A stretch of 64,000 bases of DNA from Octopus vulgaris (GCA_951406725.2 CATOCA020000007.1:1-64000), one strand, 5' to 3'; positions 20,833-37,314 are shown, counted from the first letter of the stretch. The notes: a model not told the origin generated them from the letters alone. Program-made: numbers and translations.

Positions 20833-23800
20833 TCACGAAAGCTTTCTAGCAACTGCCATTTGGTGCATGAGAGAGTTCGATGCAGCTGCCCTCATCTGCC
20901 CCTCCTGCCGTGAAGTTGGTTCATCTGGGACACCTGACAGGAAGAGATCCAGCTTCATTTTAAAGACATCTGCATCCACCCCATGCAGGTCTCTCAGGTT
21001 CTTCGGGAGGATATTGAAGAGCTGTGGGCCTCGGAAGCCCAGGCTATCACAGTATCTTGTCCTACATCTTGATGGCAAGTTTGGAGTCCTAGGCACCACG
21101 CAGTGGCGCCCAGTTCTGGCATTTGCGTAACTCTCGATGCCAAAGTTCAGGACACGTCCCTCCAGGATCTTCCAGATGTATATTATGGCATATCTTTCCC
21201 GCCTACGCTCCAGGGAATATAGTTTTAATCTCTTGAGTCTTTCCCAGTAGCTTACATTCTGCATAGAGGCTATCTTCTTCGTGTAGCTTCGTTGATCGCC
21301 TCAAGCTCTGTGATCAACTTGACACTGGATGGTGACCATAGCTGAGAGCAATAGTCAAAGTGGCTTAGGACAAGTGTCCTCCAGAGGACCATCATGGTTT
21401 CTTGTTCTCTTGTTCTAAAGGTTCTAAGAATCCATCCAGCCAGTCGTCTACATTTCATTGCCAGTTTAGCAACATGTACATGAAAGGTCGCGTCATCACT
21501 CATGTAAATACCTAGGTCACGCACTGATTGTGCCTCTGGGATTGCTATTCCTCCGGGTCCAGTGTATTCATTGGGTATTGCATTTAGTTTTGCATGCTGA
21601 TAGTATAGAGCTTGAAACTTTTCAGCATTGAACTGCATGCTATTCTTTTCAGCCCACTTGTATATTTCGTCCAGCTCACATTGCAGGTGTTTAGTGTCCT
21701 CAGGGTTCTGTATTGCCTGTGAAACTTTTGTATCATCTGCATAACTTGTGATCGTGGCTCTCTGCGTGGCTGAGGGCATGTCTGAGAGGGCCATTATGAA
21801 CAGTAGTGGTCCCAGAACAGTGCCCTGCGGAACACCGCTCACTATTTGCGTGTTAATGGAAGTGGCCCCATTGGCCACTACCACCTGACTTCTATTCTTT
21901 CAGAAAGTCATGAAGCCATTCTCCCAGTTTTCCAACTATGTTGAGATCACGCAGTTTGTGACATATCATTCCATGATCGACTTTATCAAAGGCCTTTGCG
22001 AAGTCGAGATATATGACTTCCACATTTGAGTGGTTGAGCAGTTGTTTCAGCACCCAGTCATAGTGTTGTAGGAGCTGAGTTAAGCAGCTTCTTCCTGGTC
22101 GGAAACCATGTTGGGTGTCGGGCAGCAAGTCATTTTCTTCAAGGAAGGTGATTAGTTTCCTTCTGACTATTCGTTCCATGACCTTGCTGATGTGTGAGGT
22201 CAGAGAGATAGGTCTGTAGTTCTTGGCTTCCGCTCTGCTACCTCCTTTATGAATGGGGCATATTTTACCTTCCTTCAGTTTTCTTGGAAGTTTGCCAGCT
22301 GCAAGGAAGCTCTGAAAGAGGAACTGCAGTGGTCTTGCTAGGACTCTCTTACATACTTTTAGGAGGATTGCCGGGAATCCATCGGGGCCAGTAGCTGAGT
22401 CTGTTTTCATTTCATCTATAGCCTTTATTACATCGTCTTCCTTTATATCGATGTAATCTATCGTCGCCGCCTCTGATTTTATATCTGCAGTGGTAAAGAA
22501 GTCAGTTGGATTGGTGATTTGGAGATGCCCAAGGGGTGGAGTGAAAACACTCTTGAATTGCTCATTCAGTATTTCACTTACCCTCATTGGTTTTCCTGTG
22601 AGTGTGCCATCCTTTTCAAGGAGTGGCCCTATCCTACAGTGCACCGTAGCTGTTTCTTTGGCATACCTGTAGAAAGCTCTGGGGTTAGATTTTATGTTGT
22701 CTATAGCCCAGGCTTCTTTGTCTGCTCTTTCCTTTTCATGGGAGAGTTGCAGACATTTTTCAATTTCCAACAGTTTTATTTTCAGGCGGGACTTTTCACT
22801 GCTTTCAATCTGTTTGTTTAGGCGATTTGAAATTTTTGTACGCCGTCTCATTAAAATTTTCCTCTCTCTGGGGATTTTGTTCTTGTGTACAGTGGCCTTT
22901 CTCTCTGGGACACATTTGTAGCATATGGCTTGCATTACAGACATGAATTGTTGAAGTTTCACGTCGATGTCTGGCGAGGAGAGACATTTAGGCCAGTTTT
23001 GTTTGAGGATCTCTTTCTCAATTTGTTTCCAGTTTGCCTTATGGAAGTTCAAGCTGGAAAGATTCTGAGGGTTTCTTGTAGGCTGCATGTCCGTGCTCTC
23101 TTTTGGCCCGTACATGGTCAGCTCTACCATGTTGTGATCCGAGAGTAGTGTCGGTGTCACTTTCACATTATGGATGAGATCCATATTATTTGTGAAGCAG
23201 AGATCCAGTGTGTTACCTGCCCTGGTTGGTTGGAGTATTACTTGCTCCATGTACAGGGTGTTGATGAGGTTCAGGAGGGACCTCGCCTGTCCTCGTTCAC
23301 ATCTTGTCATTCCTGGGAGAGAAAGGCCCTCGGGCCATCTGACATTGGGTAGATTGAAGTCTCCCATAAGAAGTACACTTATGTGTTGTTCTAATGTGAT
23401 TAGAACTTCTTCTATTTTTATAAGGCAGTCTTCAAACTTGCCTACATGGCTTGGGGCATCTGGAGGGCGATATGTAGCACACACAACTACATCAAGTTGC
23501 CTTATATGTACAATTAGTGTGTCACACACCGAGTTTGAGTATGACAAAAGGACCTGGGGTGTGAGGTCCTCACGGATGTACATAGCAACTCCTCCATGAC
23601 TCCTTTCTTTTCTGTCGGTCCGTAGTACAACATACTGTGGTATGTGTAATTCCGCATCTGCTATGTCCGGTTTCAGGTGCGTTTCCGTAAGTGCTATGCA
23701 TAAGGCTTGATTGCATGCGACAAAGTCTCTCAAGAACGGGATTTTTGTCCTGTTACTGTGTGTTAGCAGTCCTCTGATGTTCAGTAGGAGCATCGAGGTG

Positions 23801-23937
23801 AGGTGTATGTTGTTGCCGGCGGTGTCCATCTTGGGTCTGTTTGCTGTGGTGGTCTTGTGAATTGTGGGTAGTCCCATCTGCGAGCTTGAGTTTGATGGAG
23901 CCAGGTTAGCTGCTGTACAATCTTTTGTGCCATGCAC
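20833..23937 (-). pseudogene. LINE ORF2 (APE endonuclease + RT) with two frameshifts
   Basis: LLNIRGL, LTETHL, GGVAMY, YRPP, MGDFNLP, LDLCFT, SDHN, then RT motifs. Confidence 0.88.
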
Positions 23938-24708
23938 AAAAAAGATTCTTGCTCAGCAGCTGCCCTTTCAACAACACGTTGGCGGTTTGTGGTACGCACC
24001 ACATCTGCGTACCTCCGTTTTGGGGCAGGTGGTGCGTGGTCCATCCCTTTTCCTTTCGGTGGTTGGTTTTGACCTGTTTCGAGTTTATGTGGCAGGGTCC
24101 CGGATGTGCAAAGCGGCAGCCTGCACCTTCCTCTCCATGCCGGCAGGCACCTTTCATGTAGAACCTACATACCCGTGTGCTCTGCTTGTTTCATCCTTTT
24201 TGGCATATGGATAGTTAGGTTTGCTTCTATCCTTGGCTGTTTCATTTTTGGTTTTGCCTGAGTTTTAGTTTTTCCTTCTTTGGCTTTTCATCTTCTTTTT
24301 TGTTTTTCCTCCTCTTATTTCATCTCCATGTCCATGGCTTTTGGTGCTGGTAGGAGCACTTACACTTGGGTTTACTCCCGGGCAGGTTTCTCACTGGAGT
24401 TTTTTTCCTGGGCGTCTACCAGGTGGGGGTGACCTTTATCATCAGTGCCCGCGTCTCCATCCTTGCCATCTTTACTTTGTTCGCGTTTTTCGCTGTCAAA
24501 GATGGCATCCAGCGTGTTAATGTGAGATCTCTGACAAGTGCGTAGGAGCGTATAAATTCTTGCTTCTTCCGCTCTATTTGAGCTAACGTCCTTTTGTATC
24601 CGCTGCTCTTCAGCGCAGCCGTAATTATGTTATTTGGATTTTCTCCGTCAGCGCATCGCCATCCTCTCAGGAACAACGCCAGTTCGTCACTTTCCAGGTT
24701 CTGGACAT
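23781..24708 (-). pseudogene. LINE ORF1 (Myb/SANT-like, CCCH zinc finger, C-terminal helix), frameshifted
   Basis: FLRGW...AALKSSGYKRTLAQIERK; CRFYMKGACRHGEEGAGCRFAH; AAAEQESFLCMAQKIVQQLTW. Confidence 0.75.
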
Positions 24709-24825
24709 TCTTGATATTTTATTTATCTATCTATCTATCTATATTAATTTATATTAATTTATATTAATCTAATAGTACAATGAAGAATTAATATATTTGA
24801 AGAGAGAGAAAGCGTCTATGTCCTT

Positions 24826-26430
<1,605 letters not shown>

Positions 26431-27267
26431 CATACATACATTTGTCTACCGTTTAAATGTTTTGAACTTATAACCACCAATCTGCTTTGCTTTCCTTTTT
26501 CTCTCTACATGCCACCCTAAAAACATCGCCATTCCCGCCCGTTTCTCTAAAGTTCAACCTTCGCATATTCCCTTTAATTCGATCTCCACCATTCACTATC
26601 ATTTCTTCCCTGACTTGCAGCGATGTCCATGAGCAGGCTAAGATTCTCGCTTCTATTTCATACATACATACATTTGTCTACCGTTTAAATGTTTTGAACT
26701 TATAACCACCAATCTGCTTTGCTTTCCTTTTCTCTCTACATGCCACCCTAAAAACATCGCCATTCCCGCCCGTTTCTCTAAAGTTCAACCTTCGCATATT
26801 CCCTTTAATTCGATCTCCACCATTCACTATCATTTCTTCCCCTGACTTGCAGCGATGTCCATGAGCAGGCTAAGATTCTCGCTTCTATTTCATACATACA
26901 TACATTTGTCTACCGTTTAAATGTTTTGAACTTATAACCACCAATCTGCTTTGCTTTCCTTTTCTCTCTACATGCCACCCTAAAAACATCGCCATTCCCG
27001 CCCGTTTCTCTAAAGTTCAACCATCGCATATTCCCTTTAATTCGATCTCCACCATTCACTATCATTTCTTCCCCTGACTTGCAGCGATGTCCATGAGCAG
27101 GCTAAGATTCTCGCTTCTATTTCATACATACATACATTTGTCTACCGTTTAAATGTTTTGAACTTATAACCACCAATCTGCTTTGCTTTCCTTTTCTCTC
27201 TACATGCCACCCTAAAAACATCGCCATTCCCGCCCGTTTCTCTAAAGTTCAACCATCGCATATTCCC
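26431..27267 (+). repeat. Tandem array of a 232-bp unit, about 3.6 copies
   Basis: tttgtctaccg at 26441, 26673, 26905 and 27137. Confidence 0.95.
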
Positions 27268-27770
27268 GGTGCACCCGCCCTTGCCCACCCCCACCACCAA
27301 TACCGGATATCTCTATATTTTTGTTCCATCTATACCGGATGTCGCTTCTCCCACCACCATTATAGGTGTCTACTCTTCGAACCCCCTCTTCAGCACGCTA
27401 TTTCACCATGCATTACCCCTCTCTTGATATCCTACGTTCTACTTGCCAAAACCTGTCATCATTTCTCTGAACCACCTCCTCACTGGTGCTCCCCTATATA
27501 TTTCTATACCCCCCCACATAAAAAGCACCAGCCGAACGTAGCCGATGCCAGACCCCTCTGGCACCTGTGCAGGTGGCACGTAAAAAAACACCCACTACAC
27601 TCGCGGAGTGGTTGGCGTTAGGAAGGGCATCCAGCTGTAGAAACACTGCCAGACTAGACTGAGCCTGGGGCAGTCCCGAGCTCCCCAGACCCCGGTCGAA
27701 ACCGTCCAACCCGTGCTAGCGCGGAAAACGGACGTTAAACGATGATGATGATGATGATGATAATGATGAT
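26431..27770 (+). mobile_element. Composite non-autonomous retroelement A: tandem array, C-rich body, RTE-type 3' tail with (GAT)n
   Basis: Tail GGAGTGGTTGGCGTTAGGAAGGGCATCCAGC...GGACGTTAAACGATGATG; body blocks shared with element B. Confidence 0.65.
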
Positions 27771-27839
27771 ATATATATATATGTATATTTATATGTATAT
27801 TTCCCTCACAGCTTCTCTCTCTCTCCCCGCTACAACGGA

Positions 27840-28532
27840 ATGGACAACATGCAAAAATTAGAGGTGAATGCAAACACTGGCGTCAACAAAAGCCAGCGTA
27901 ACTGGACGAAAGTAGAGCTGGAAGTTTTCATCAGAGGATGGACCTCGGCCGACAGATCGCAACCAACTAAAAACATAGCGGCGACCCTGAAAAGCCATGG
28001 CTTTATGAGGACGTTGGCGCAAGTAGAGAGGAAGAAAAGAGAAGTCGAAAGGGCCTACACTCTCATTGCACCACACATGGCTTTGCTAAGCCAAGTCCTC
28101 AAGGTGGACAAAGACAAAGAGAGAGAGATGGAAACAGGAAACACCAACCACAGAGTGTCAAAAAATGACACGCCCACTGCCACAGTCGAAGAAGGCAAGC
28201 AGGGCAAACAACAGATAGGCGGCGATGGGGAAACAGAAAATAACCACCCGGATGAAAAGACCTATGCAGAAAGGAACCAGTGGACAACCGTCCAACGGAG
28301 GAAGAAAAAACAGAGAGGAACTGGGGACAAGAAAACCCAGATAACATGCAAATTCTTCCGGAATGGAACCTGCTGGCATGGAGAAACAGGGGAAGGATGC
28401 AGGTTCTCGCTCATCCCAGGCCCTATGGAAATTGCATCAAACCCACTCGGACTGCAAAATGCCTTAACCACAAACCAAGACCGAAACCAAACCAGAACAA
28501 ATACAAGCTGCCCCAGAAATATGCAGACATAG
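27840..28532 (+). CDS. LINE ORF1: Myb/SANT(trihelix)-like domain + CCCH zinc finger (frameshift within the finger end)
   Basis: WTKVELEVFIRGW...IAATLKSHGFMRTLAQVERK; CKFFRNGTCWHGETGEGCRF(AH). Confidence 0.75.
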   Translation: MDNMQKLEVNANTGVNKSQRNWTKVELEVFIRGWTSADRSQPTKNIAATLKSHGFMRTLAQVERKKREVERAYTLIAPHMALLSQVLKVDKDKEREMETGNTNHRVSKNDTPTATVEEGKQGKQQIGGDGETENNHPDEKTYAERNQWTTVQRRKKKQRGTGDKKTQITCKFFRNGTCWHGETGEGCRFSLIPGPMEIASNPLGLQNALTTNQDRNQTRTNTSCPRNMQT

Positions 28533-28578
28533 TGCGTAATGCCCCAACAAGGAGAAGCGTCGCACATTTGCAGAGGAA

Positions 28579-31500
28579 ATGCAGACGGCGGCAGCAGAAC
28601 AAAGAAATTTTGTGGAAATAGCAGAGAAAATTGTGGGACAACTGGCCTGGATACATCGTCTTCAGAGCCAGGGGCACTCACAACAGCACTCAAGACAACA
28701 GCACTCAACAGCAATCAAGGGACCCAGGGTGGCCACCGCTGACGCCGGCACAGGTGCCACACCGTCAGCCCTTATTGACACCCCGGGTGTCTCACCAGTG
28801 CTTCTGCTGAATGTCAGAGGTCTGGTGAAACCCACTAATATGGGTAAAATTCCTTATGTCACACCCATAGTACTGTTGACACACTCAAACTCAGTCTGTG
28901 ACACACTGATAGTACACATGAAACAACCGAAAATAGTAATATGTGTCACATATCGGCCACCAGACACCCCTAGTCATGAAGGAGTGTTTGAAGATAGCCT
29001 CAGAAGAATAGAAGAAGTCCTGGACAAACTGGACCAGGGTAACACCATTCTACTGCTGGGAGATTTTAACCTTCCGAAAGTCAAATGGCCACGGGATGGC
29101 CATCTCCTCCCTGGAATGACATCACTTGAACAGAGACAGACAGAGTCCTTGTTGGCTCTCACACGCAAGTTTTTCATGGAGCAAGCAGTGCTTTGGCCAA
29201 CAAGAGGTGAGAATGTCTTGGACCTCTGTTTCACAAGCAACCCGATGCTCATCCACAACATAATGGTAACACCAACAATTCTCTCAGATCACAACTTAGT
29301 AGAGGTAATGATATATGGTATGAGAGAGTTAGTTGAGACGCAGCCATTAGAAAATACCACAGGCCTATCCAGTCTAAACTTCCATAAGGCAAACTGGAAG
29401 AAGATCAACGAAGAGATCCGAAAACATGACTGGAGTGACTTCATCACCACACAAGACACCAACACACATTTCCAACATTTCATGACAACAATACAGAACA
29501 TATGCCATAAGTTTGTCCCGGAGAAAAAAGCCAGCGGGCATAGGAACGTTATTCCCAGAGACAGGAAAATACTTATGAGGCGAAGAGCTAAGCTCTCGAA
29601 GCAACTGAATGCACGGCAGAGAAACAATGAGGGACTCCACCTGAAACTTTTTGAAACGGAAACTGCACTCAAACTTTCCTATGAGAAGGAGAGGGCAGAG
29701 AGAGAAGCCAGGGCCATAGAGAATATTAAAACAAACCCTAAAGCCTTCTTTAAATTTGCGAAAGAAACCACCTCGGTACACTGCAAGATTGGCCCACTCT
29801 TTGATAAAAAGGGCTCTCTAACTGAGGACCCCCAAGGGATAAGTGAAATACTAAAGGAACAGTATAAAAGTGTGTTCACATCCCCTCTGGGGCACATGCA
29901 AATCACAAACCCAGAAGTTTTCTTTGATGCCACAACACTCCAAAACCAAACAACAACCATCGACCACATAGACATAACAGAGAGGGATGTAATATCTGCC
30001 ATAGAAGAAATAGAGAATAAACTCAGCTGCTGGACCAGATGGATTCCCAGCAGTCCTCCTAAAAACATGCAGGCATGCCCTAGCGGGACCACTGAAGAAG
30101 CTCTTCAGTGGTTCCTTGGCTAACGGTAAACTGCCCAGGGCGCTAAAAGAAGGCACCATATGCCCTATCCACAAAGGAGGGAGTAGAGCAGAGGCCAAAA
30201 ACTACAGGCCAGTCTCCCTGACGTCACACATAAGTAAGGTCATGGAACGAATCATCAGAAAAAAACTGATCACGTTCCTCGAAGAAACTAACCGTCTCAC
30301 TGACACACAGCATGGCTTTCGCCCAGGAAGAAGCTGCCTTACGCAGCTGTTACAACACTACGACTGGGTACTGAAACAACTACTGGATCGCTCACAGGTG
30401 GATGTGGTATATCTCGACTTTGCGAAGGCCTTTGACAAAGTCGACCACGGAGTGATATGTCACAAATTACTCAGACTCGGCATAACAGGAAAAGTAGGTG
30501 AGTGGATACATGACTTCCTGAAGGACAGAAGCCAGATGGTTGCAGCCAATGGAGCCCTCTCGGGAAAGACACCAATAGCAAGCGGGGTGCCACAGGGCAC
30601 AGTCTTGGGACCCTTGCTGTTTTTGGTGGCGCTCTCTGACATGCCCTTGGTAGCACAAACAACATCCCTCACTAGCTATGCTGATGACACAAAGGTAGCA
30701 CAGGCAATCAAAAACCCAGCTGATGCTGACCTTTTACAACAAGATCTGGATGCCATATACAAATGGGCTGAAGACAACAACATGCAATTTAATGCTGGTA
30801 AATTTCAAGCCTTACAATATCAAGCTGTAAACACATATACATTACAACACAACTATACTGGTCCAGGAGGGATCGAAATCCCAGTATCGAAATCAATACG
30901 GGACCTGGGGATAGACATGAGTGACGATGCATCTTTTTCTTCACACATCGCGAAGGTGGCGACAATGTGCAGACGACTCACTGGCTGGATCCTGAGGACA
31001 TTCCGGACAAGAGACTGCGAGACCATGTTGACACTATGGAGGACATTTGTCCTAAGCCGCCTGGACTACTGCTCCCAACTGTGGTCACCGCATAGTGTCA
31101 AACTAACCACAGAGCTTGAGACAATCCAAAGACATTTCACCAAGAGGATTTCCACCATGAAAGAAAAGAACTATTGGGAGAGGCTTAGGGAACTCAATTT
31201 GTACTCCTTGGAACGAAGACGAGAGAGATATGCAGTGATATACATATGGAAAATCCTGGAGGGACTAGCACCAAATTTTGGAATTGAGAGCTGTTCCAAT
31301 CCCCGTACAGGACGTCACTGTGTGGTGCCAAAGGTCCCGTCTTCCACATCCAGGGTAAGGAGCAGATACTGTAATAGCCTGGGGTTCAGGGGCCCTCAGC
31401 TGTTCAACAAACTGCCAAGAAAACTAAGAGATCTACATGATGCGGATGTGGACATTTTCAAAAAACATCTAGACAAGCTGCTTTCCGGGATCCCAGATGA

Positions 31501-31654
31501 ACCCACTGCAAGGTACGAAGGTAACCTAAGGGCAGCAGCTACAAACTCTCTTAGATCAGTGGCCAGCCACGGCAAACTGGACTTAGAGAGGGTAGCAACA
31601 AGGGCGGTGCCCCAGCATGGCCTCAGCCGGATGGCTGAAACAAGTAAAAGATAA
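28579..31654 (+). pseudogene. LINE ORF2 APE-RT with an in-frame APE deletion and a frameshift near 30013
   Basis: YRPP, GDFNLP, SDHN, RT motifs including YADDTK. Confidence 0.87.
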
Positions 31655-31658
31655 AAGA

Positions 31659-32945
<1,287 letters not shown>

Positions 32946-34046
32946 TCCTTAAATCCTTAAAAATGTTTTAACCCGAAGGCCGCGGCCATGCTGGGGCACC
33001 ACCGCTGAATGAGCTACACTAGTTTGTGAATCCACCTCTGATACGTGGCACTTGATCAACAAGGGAGTTCGATGCTGCTGCCCGCATCCGTGTCTCCTGT
33101 CGTGAGGTAGGTTCATCTGGGACTCCCAACAAGAAGAGATCCAGTTTAGTTTTAAAGAAACCCACATCCACACCATGTAAGTCTCTCAGGCATTTAGGGA
33201 GGATGTTAAAGAGCTGTGGTCCTCTGAAACCCAAGCTGTTGCAGTATCTGGACCTGTATTTTGATGGTGATGTTGGAATCCTTGGCACCACGCAGCGGCG
33301 CCCGTTCTGCGGTTGGAGTAACTTTGAATGCCAAAGTTTGGGACAAGACCCTCCAGGATTTTCCAGATGTATATCACTGCATATCTCTCCCGCCTCCGCT
33401 CCAGGGAGAAGAGGTTTAATACCTTCAGTCTTTCCCAGTAGCTGACATTTTGCATTGAGACGATTTTCTTTGTGTAGCTTCTCTGAGTTGCTTCGAGTTC
33501 TGCTGTTTGTTTTATATTGTGTGGTGACCAAAGTTGGGAGCAGTAGTCCAAGCGGCTGAGGACAAATGTTTTCCATAGGACCATCAGTGTCTCCTTCTCT
33601 CTTGTTCTGAAAGTTCGGAGAATCCATCCAGCTAGCCGTCTGCATTTTATCACCAGATTAGCAATATGCACTTGGAAAGATGCATCATTGCTCATGTCAA
33701 TGCCCAGGTCACGCACTGATTTTGACTCAGGGATTGCAATTCTTCCTGGGCCAGTGTATCCAGTCTTCACGTCATTTACCTTTGTGTGCCAGTAGCGCAG
33801 GGCCTGGAACTTACCTGCATTAAACTGCATGTTGTTGTCCTCAGCCCACCTGTATATTGTGTCCAGCTCATGTTGCAGATGCGCAATATTTTCAGGGTTT
33901 TGTATTGCGTGGGAGACTTTTGTGTCATCTGCATAGCTAGCAAGGGTGGTCATCGTAGCAACTGAAGGCATGTCTGAAAGGGCCACTATGAACATCAGTG
34001 GCCCCAAGACAGTGCCCTGTGGGACACCGCTTGTTATTTGCGTTTA
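32946..34046 (-). mobile_element. CR1-group LINE subfamily 3, 5'-truncated, (TTTAAGGA)-type tail
   Basis: [33 protein letters not shown]; 3' motif CCCCAGCATGGCC. Confidence 0.92.
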
Positions 34047-34049
34047 TAC

Positions 34050-34080
<31 letters not shown>

Positions 34081-34122
34081 CATATATATATATACATATA
34101 TACATATATATATATATATGTT

Positions 34123-34169
<47 letters not shown>

Positions 34170-34327
34170 GAAATATTAAAATTACTAAGTCTCTCTAAAA
34201 GAGAACAACGGCAGCGTTCTAGGAAAANNNNNNNNNNNNNNNNNNNNNNNNNNNNNNNNNNNNNNNNNNNNNNNNNNNNNNNNNNNNNNNNNNNNNNNNN
34301 NNNNNNNNNNNNNNNNNNNNNNNNNNN

Positions 34328-35201
34328 GGATGAAAAATATCAGCTAAGTCCTGTTCCTTCTTTTCATTGTTTTTGCAAGTATCATCATCACCATCAAGCC
34401 TTCTTATTATTATTGTTTCCCCATATATTGGCGTTATCGTTGTCTTTCGTCTCAAATGCTAGCTGAAGCATATAAACTTTCATTTACAAAAACTTCGCAA
34501 AAACATCTCGTCTCAAATTTGGTCTTTCTTTCTGTCGCTAAATTCTCTAACCCATCTTTTCCCAACTTCCACTCATAGAAACTTATGCACACGATCGCAA
34601 AGCATTCCATCTCAAATCCTGTCTTTCTTTCTGCCGCCTAAAAATCTCATCTTCTCCCATTGCGCGGTGTCGTTTTGTCCCTCTGTTATCACTATGTCTC
34701 TCTCTCTCTCTCTCTCTCTCTCGCTCTCTCTCTCTCGCTATGTGGTGTCGGTTTCTCCCTCTGTTATCACTGTCTCTCTCTCTCTCTGTATATATATCTC
34801 GCCTTCACTCGCTTCCACAGGCTTAGCCAATACGCAGGATGAAAAATATCAGCTAAGTCCTGTTCCTTCTTTTCATTGTTTTTGCAAGTATCATCATCAC
34901 CATCAAGCCTTCTTATTATTATTGTTTCCCCATATATTGGCGTTATCGTTGTCTTTCGTCTCAAATGCTAGCTGAAGCATATAAACTTTCATTTACAAAA
35001 ACTTCGCAAAAACATCTCGTCTCAAATTTGGTCTTTCTTTCTGTCGCTAAATTCTCTAACCCATCTTTTCCCAACTTCCACTCATAGAAACTTATGCACA
35101 CGATCGCAAAGCATTCCATCTCAAATCCTGTCTTTCTTTCTGCCGCCTAAAAATCTCATCTTCTCCCATTGCGCGGTGTCGTTTTGTCCCTCTGTTATCA
35201 C

Positions 35202-35260
<59 letters not shown>

Positions 35261-35738
35261 CTCTCTCTCTCTCGCTATGTGGTGTCGGTTTCTCCCTCTG
35301 TTATCACTGTCTCTCTCTCTCTCTGTATATATATCTCGCCTTCACTCGCTTCCACAGGCTTAGCCAATACGCAGGATGAAAAATATCAGCTAAGTCCTGT
35401 TCCTTCTTTTCATTGTTTTTGCAAGTATCATCATCACCATCAAGCCTTCTTATTATTATTGTTTCCCCATATATTGGCGTTATCGTTGTCTTTCGTCTCA
35501 AATGCTAGCTGAAGCATATAAACTTTCATTTACAAAAACTTCGCAAAAACATCTCGTCTCAAATTTGGTCTTTCTTTCTGTCGCTAAATTCTCTAACCCA
35601 TCTTTTCCCAACTTCCACTCATAGAAACTTATGCACACGATCGCAAAGCATTCCATCTCAAATCCTGTCTTTCTTTCTGCCGCCTAAAAATCTCATCTTC
35701 TCCCATTGCGCGGTGTCGTTTTGTCCCTCTGTTATCAC

Positions 35739-35777
<39 letters not shown>

Positions 35778-36255
35778 CTCTCTCTCTCTCGCTATGTGGT
35801 GTCGGTTTCTCCCTCTGTTATCACTGTCTCTCTCTCTCTCTGTATATATATCTCGCCTTCACTCGCTTCCACAGGCTTAGCCAATACGCAGGATGAAAAA
35901 TATCAGCTAAGTCCTGTTCCTTCTTTTCATTGTTTTTGCAAGTATCATCATCACCATCAAGCCTTCTTATTATTATTGTTTCCCCATATATTGGCGTTAT
36001 CGTTGTCTTTCGTCTCAAATGCTAGCTGAAGCATATAAACTTTCATTTACAAAAACTTCGCAAAAACATCTCGTCTCAAATTTGGTCTTTCTTTCTGTCG
36101 CTAAATTCTCTAACCCATCTTTTCCCAACTTCCACTCATAGAAACTTATGCACACGATCGCAAAGCATTCCATCTCAAATCCTGTCTTTCTTTCTGCCGC
36201 CTAAAAATCTCATCTTCTCCCATTGCGCGGTGTCGTTTTGTCCCTCTGTTATCAC

Positions 36256-36330
<75 letters not shown>

Positions 36331-36808
36331 CTCTCTCTCTCTCGCTATGTGGTGTCGGTTTCTCCCTCTGTTATCACTGTCTCTCTCTCTCTCTGTATAT
36401 ATATCTCGCCTTCACTCGCTTCCACAGGCTTAGCCAATACGCAGGATGAAAAATATCAGCTAAGTCCTGTTCCTTCTTTTCATTGTTTTTGCAAGTATCA
36501 TCATCACCATCAAGCCTTCTTATTATTATTGTTTCCCCATATATTGGCGTTATCGTTGTCTTTCGTCTCAAATGCTAGCTGAAGCATATAAACTTTCATT
36601 TACAAAAACTTCGCAAAAACATCTCGTCTCAAATTTGGTCTTTCTTTCTGTCGCTAAATTCTCTAACCCATCTTTTCCCAACTTCCACTCATAGAAACTT
36701 ATGCACACGATCGCAAAGCATTCCATCTCAAATCCTGTCTTTCTTTCTGCCGCCTAAAAATCTCATCTTCTCCCATTGCGCGGTGTCGTTTTGTCCCTCT
36801 GTTATCAC

Positions 36809-36851
<43 letters not shown>

Positions 36852-37314
36852 TATGTGGTGTCGGTTTCTCCCTCTGTTATCACTGTCTCTCTCTCTCTCT
36901 GTATATATATCTCGCCTTCACTCGCTTCCACAGGCTTAGCCAATACGCAGGATGAAAAATATCAGCTAAGTCCTGTTCCTTCTTTTCATTGTTTTTGCAA
37001 GTATCATCATCACCATCAAGCCTTCTTATTATTATTGTTTCCCCATATATTGGCGTTATCGTTGTCTTTCGTCTCAAATGCTAGCTGAAGCATATAAACT
37101 TTCATTTACAAAAACTTCGCAAAAACATCTCGTCTCAAATTTGGTCTTTCTTTCTGTCGCTAAATTCTCTAACCCATCTTTTCCCAACTTCCACTCATAG
37201 AAACTTATGCACACGATCGCAAAGCATTCCATCTCAAATCCTGTCTTTCTTTCTGCCGCCTAAAAATCTCATCTTCTCCCATTGCGCGGTGTCGTTTTGT
37301 CCCTCTGTTATCAC

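Larger units (their letters stand above)
20747..24825 (-). mobile_element. Near full-length CR1-group LINE subfamily 2 (ORF1 plus APE-RT ORF2, frameshifted)
   Basis: ATG at 24708; ORF1 pieces 24416-24676, 23906-24157, 23781-24044; ORF2 pieces 21892-23937, 21270-21884, 20833-21264; (TA)n on both sides. Confidence 0.94.

Noticed and set aside
26600-26660. HDV-like ribozyme in the 232-bp monomer (cagg-ctaa) or the ~520-bp monomer (gctaa)
   Set aside because: I could not build the nested P1/P2/P3/P1.1 double pseudoknot by hand.
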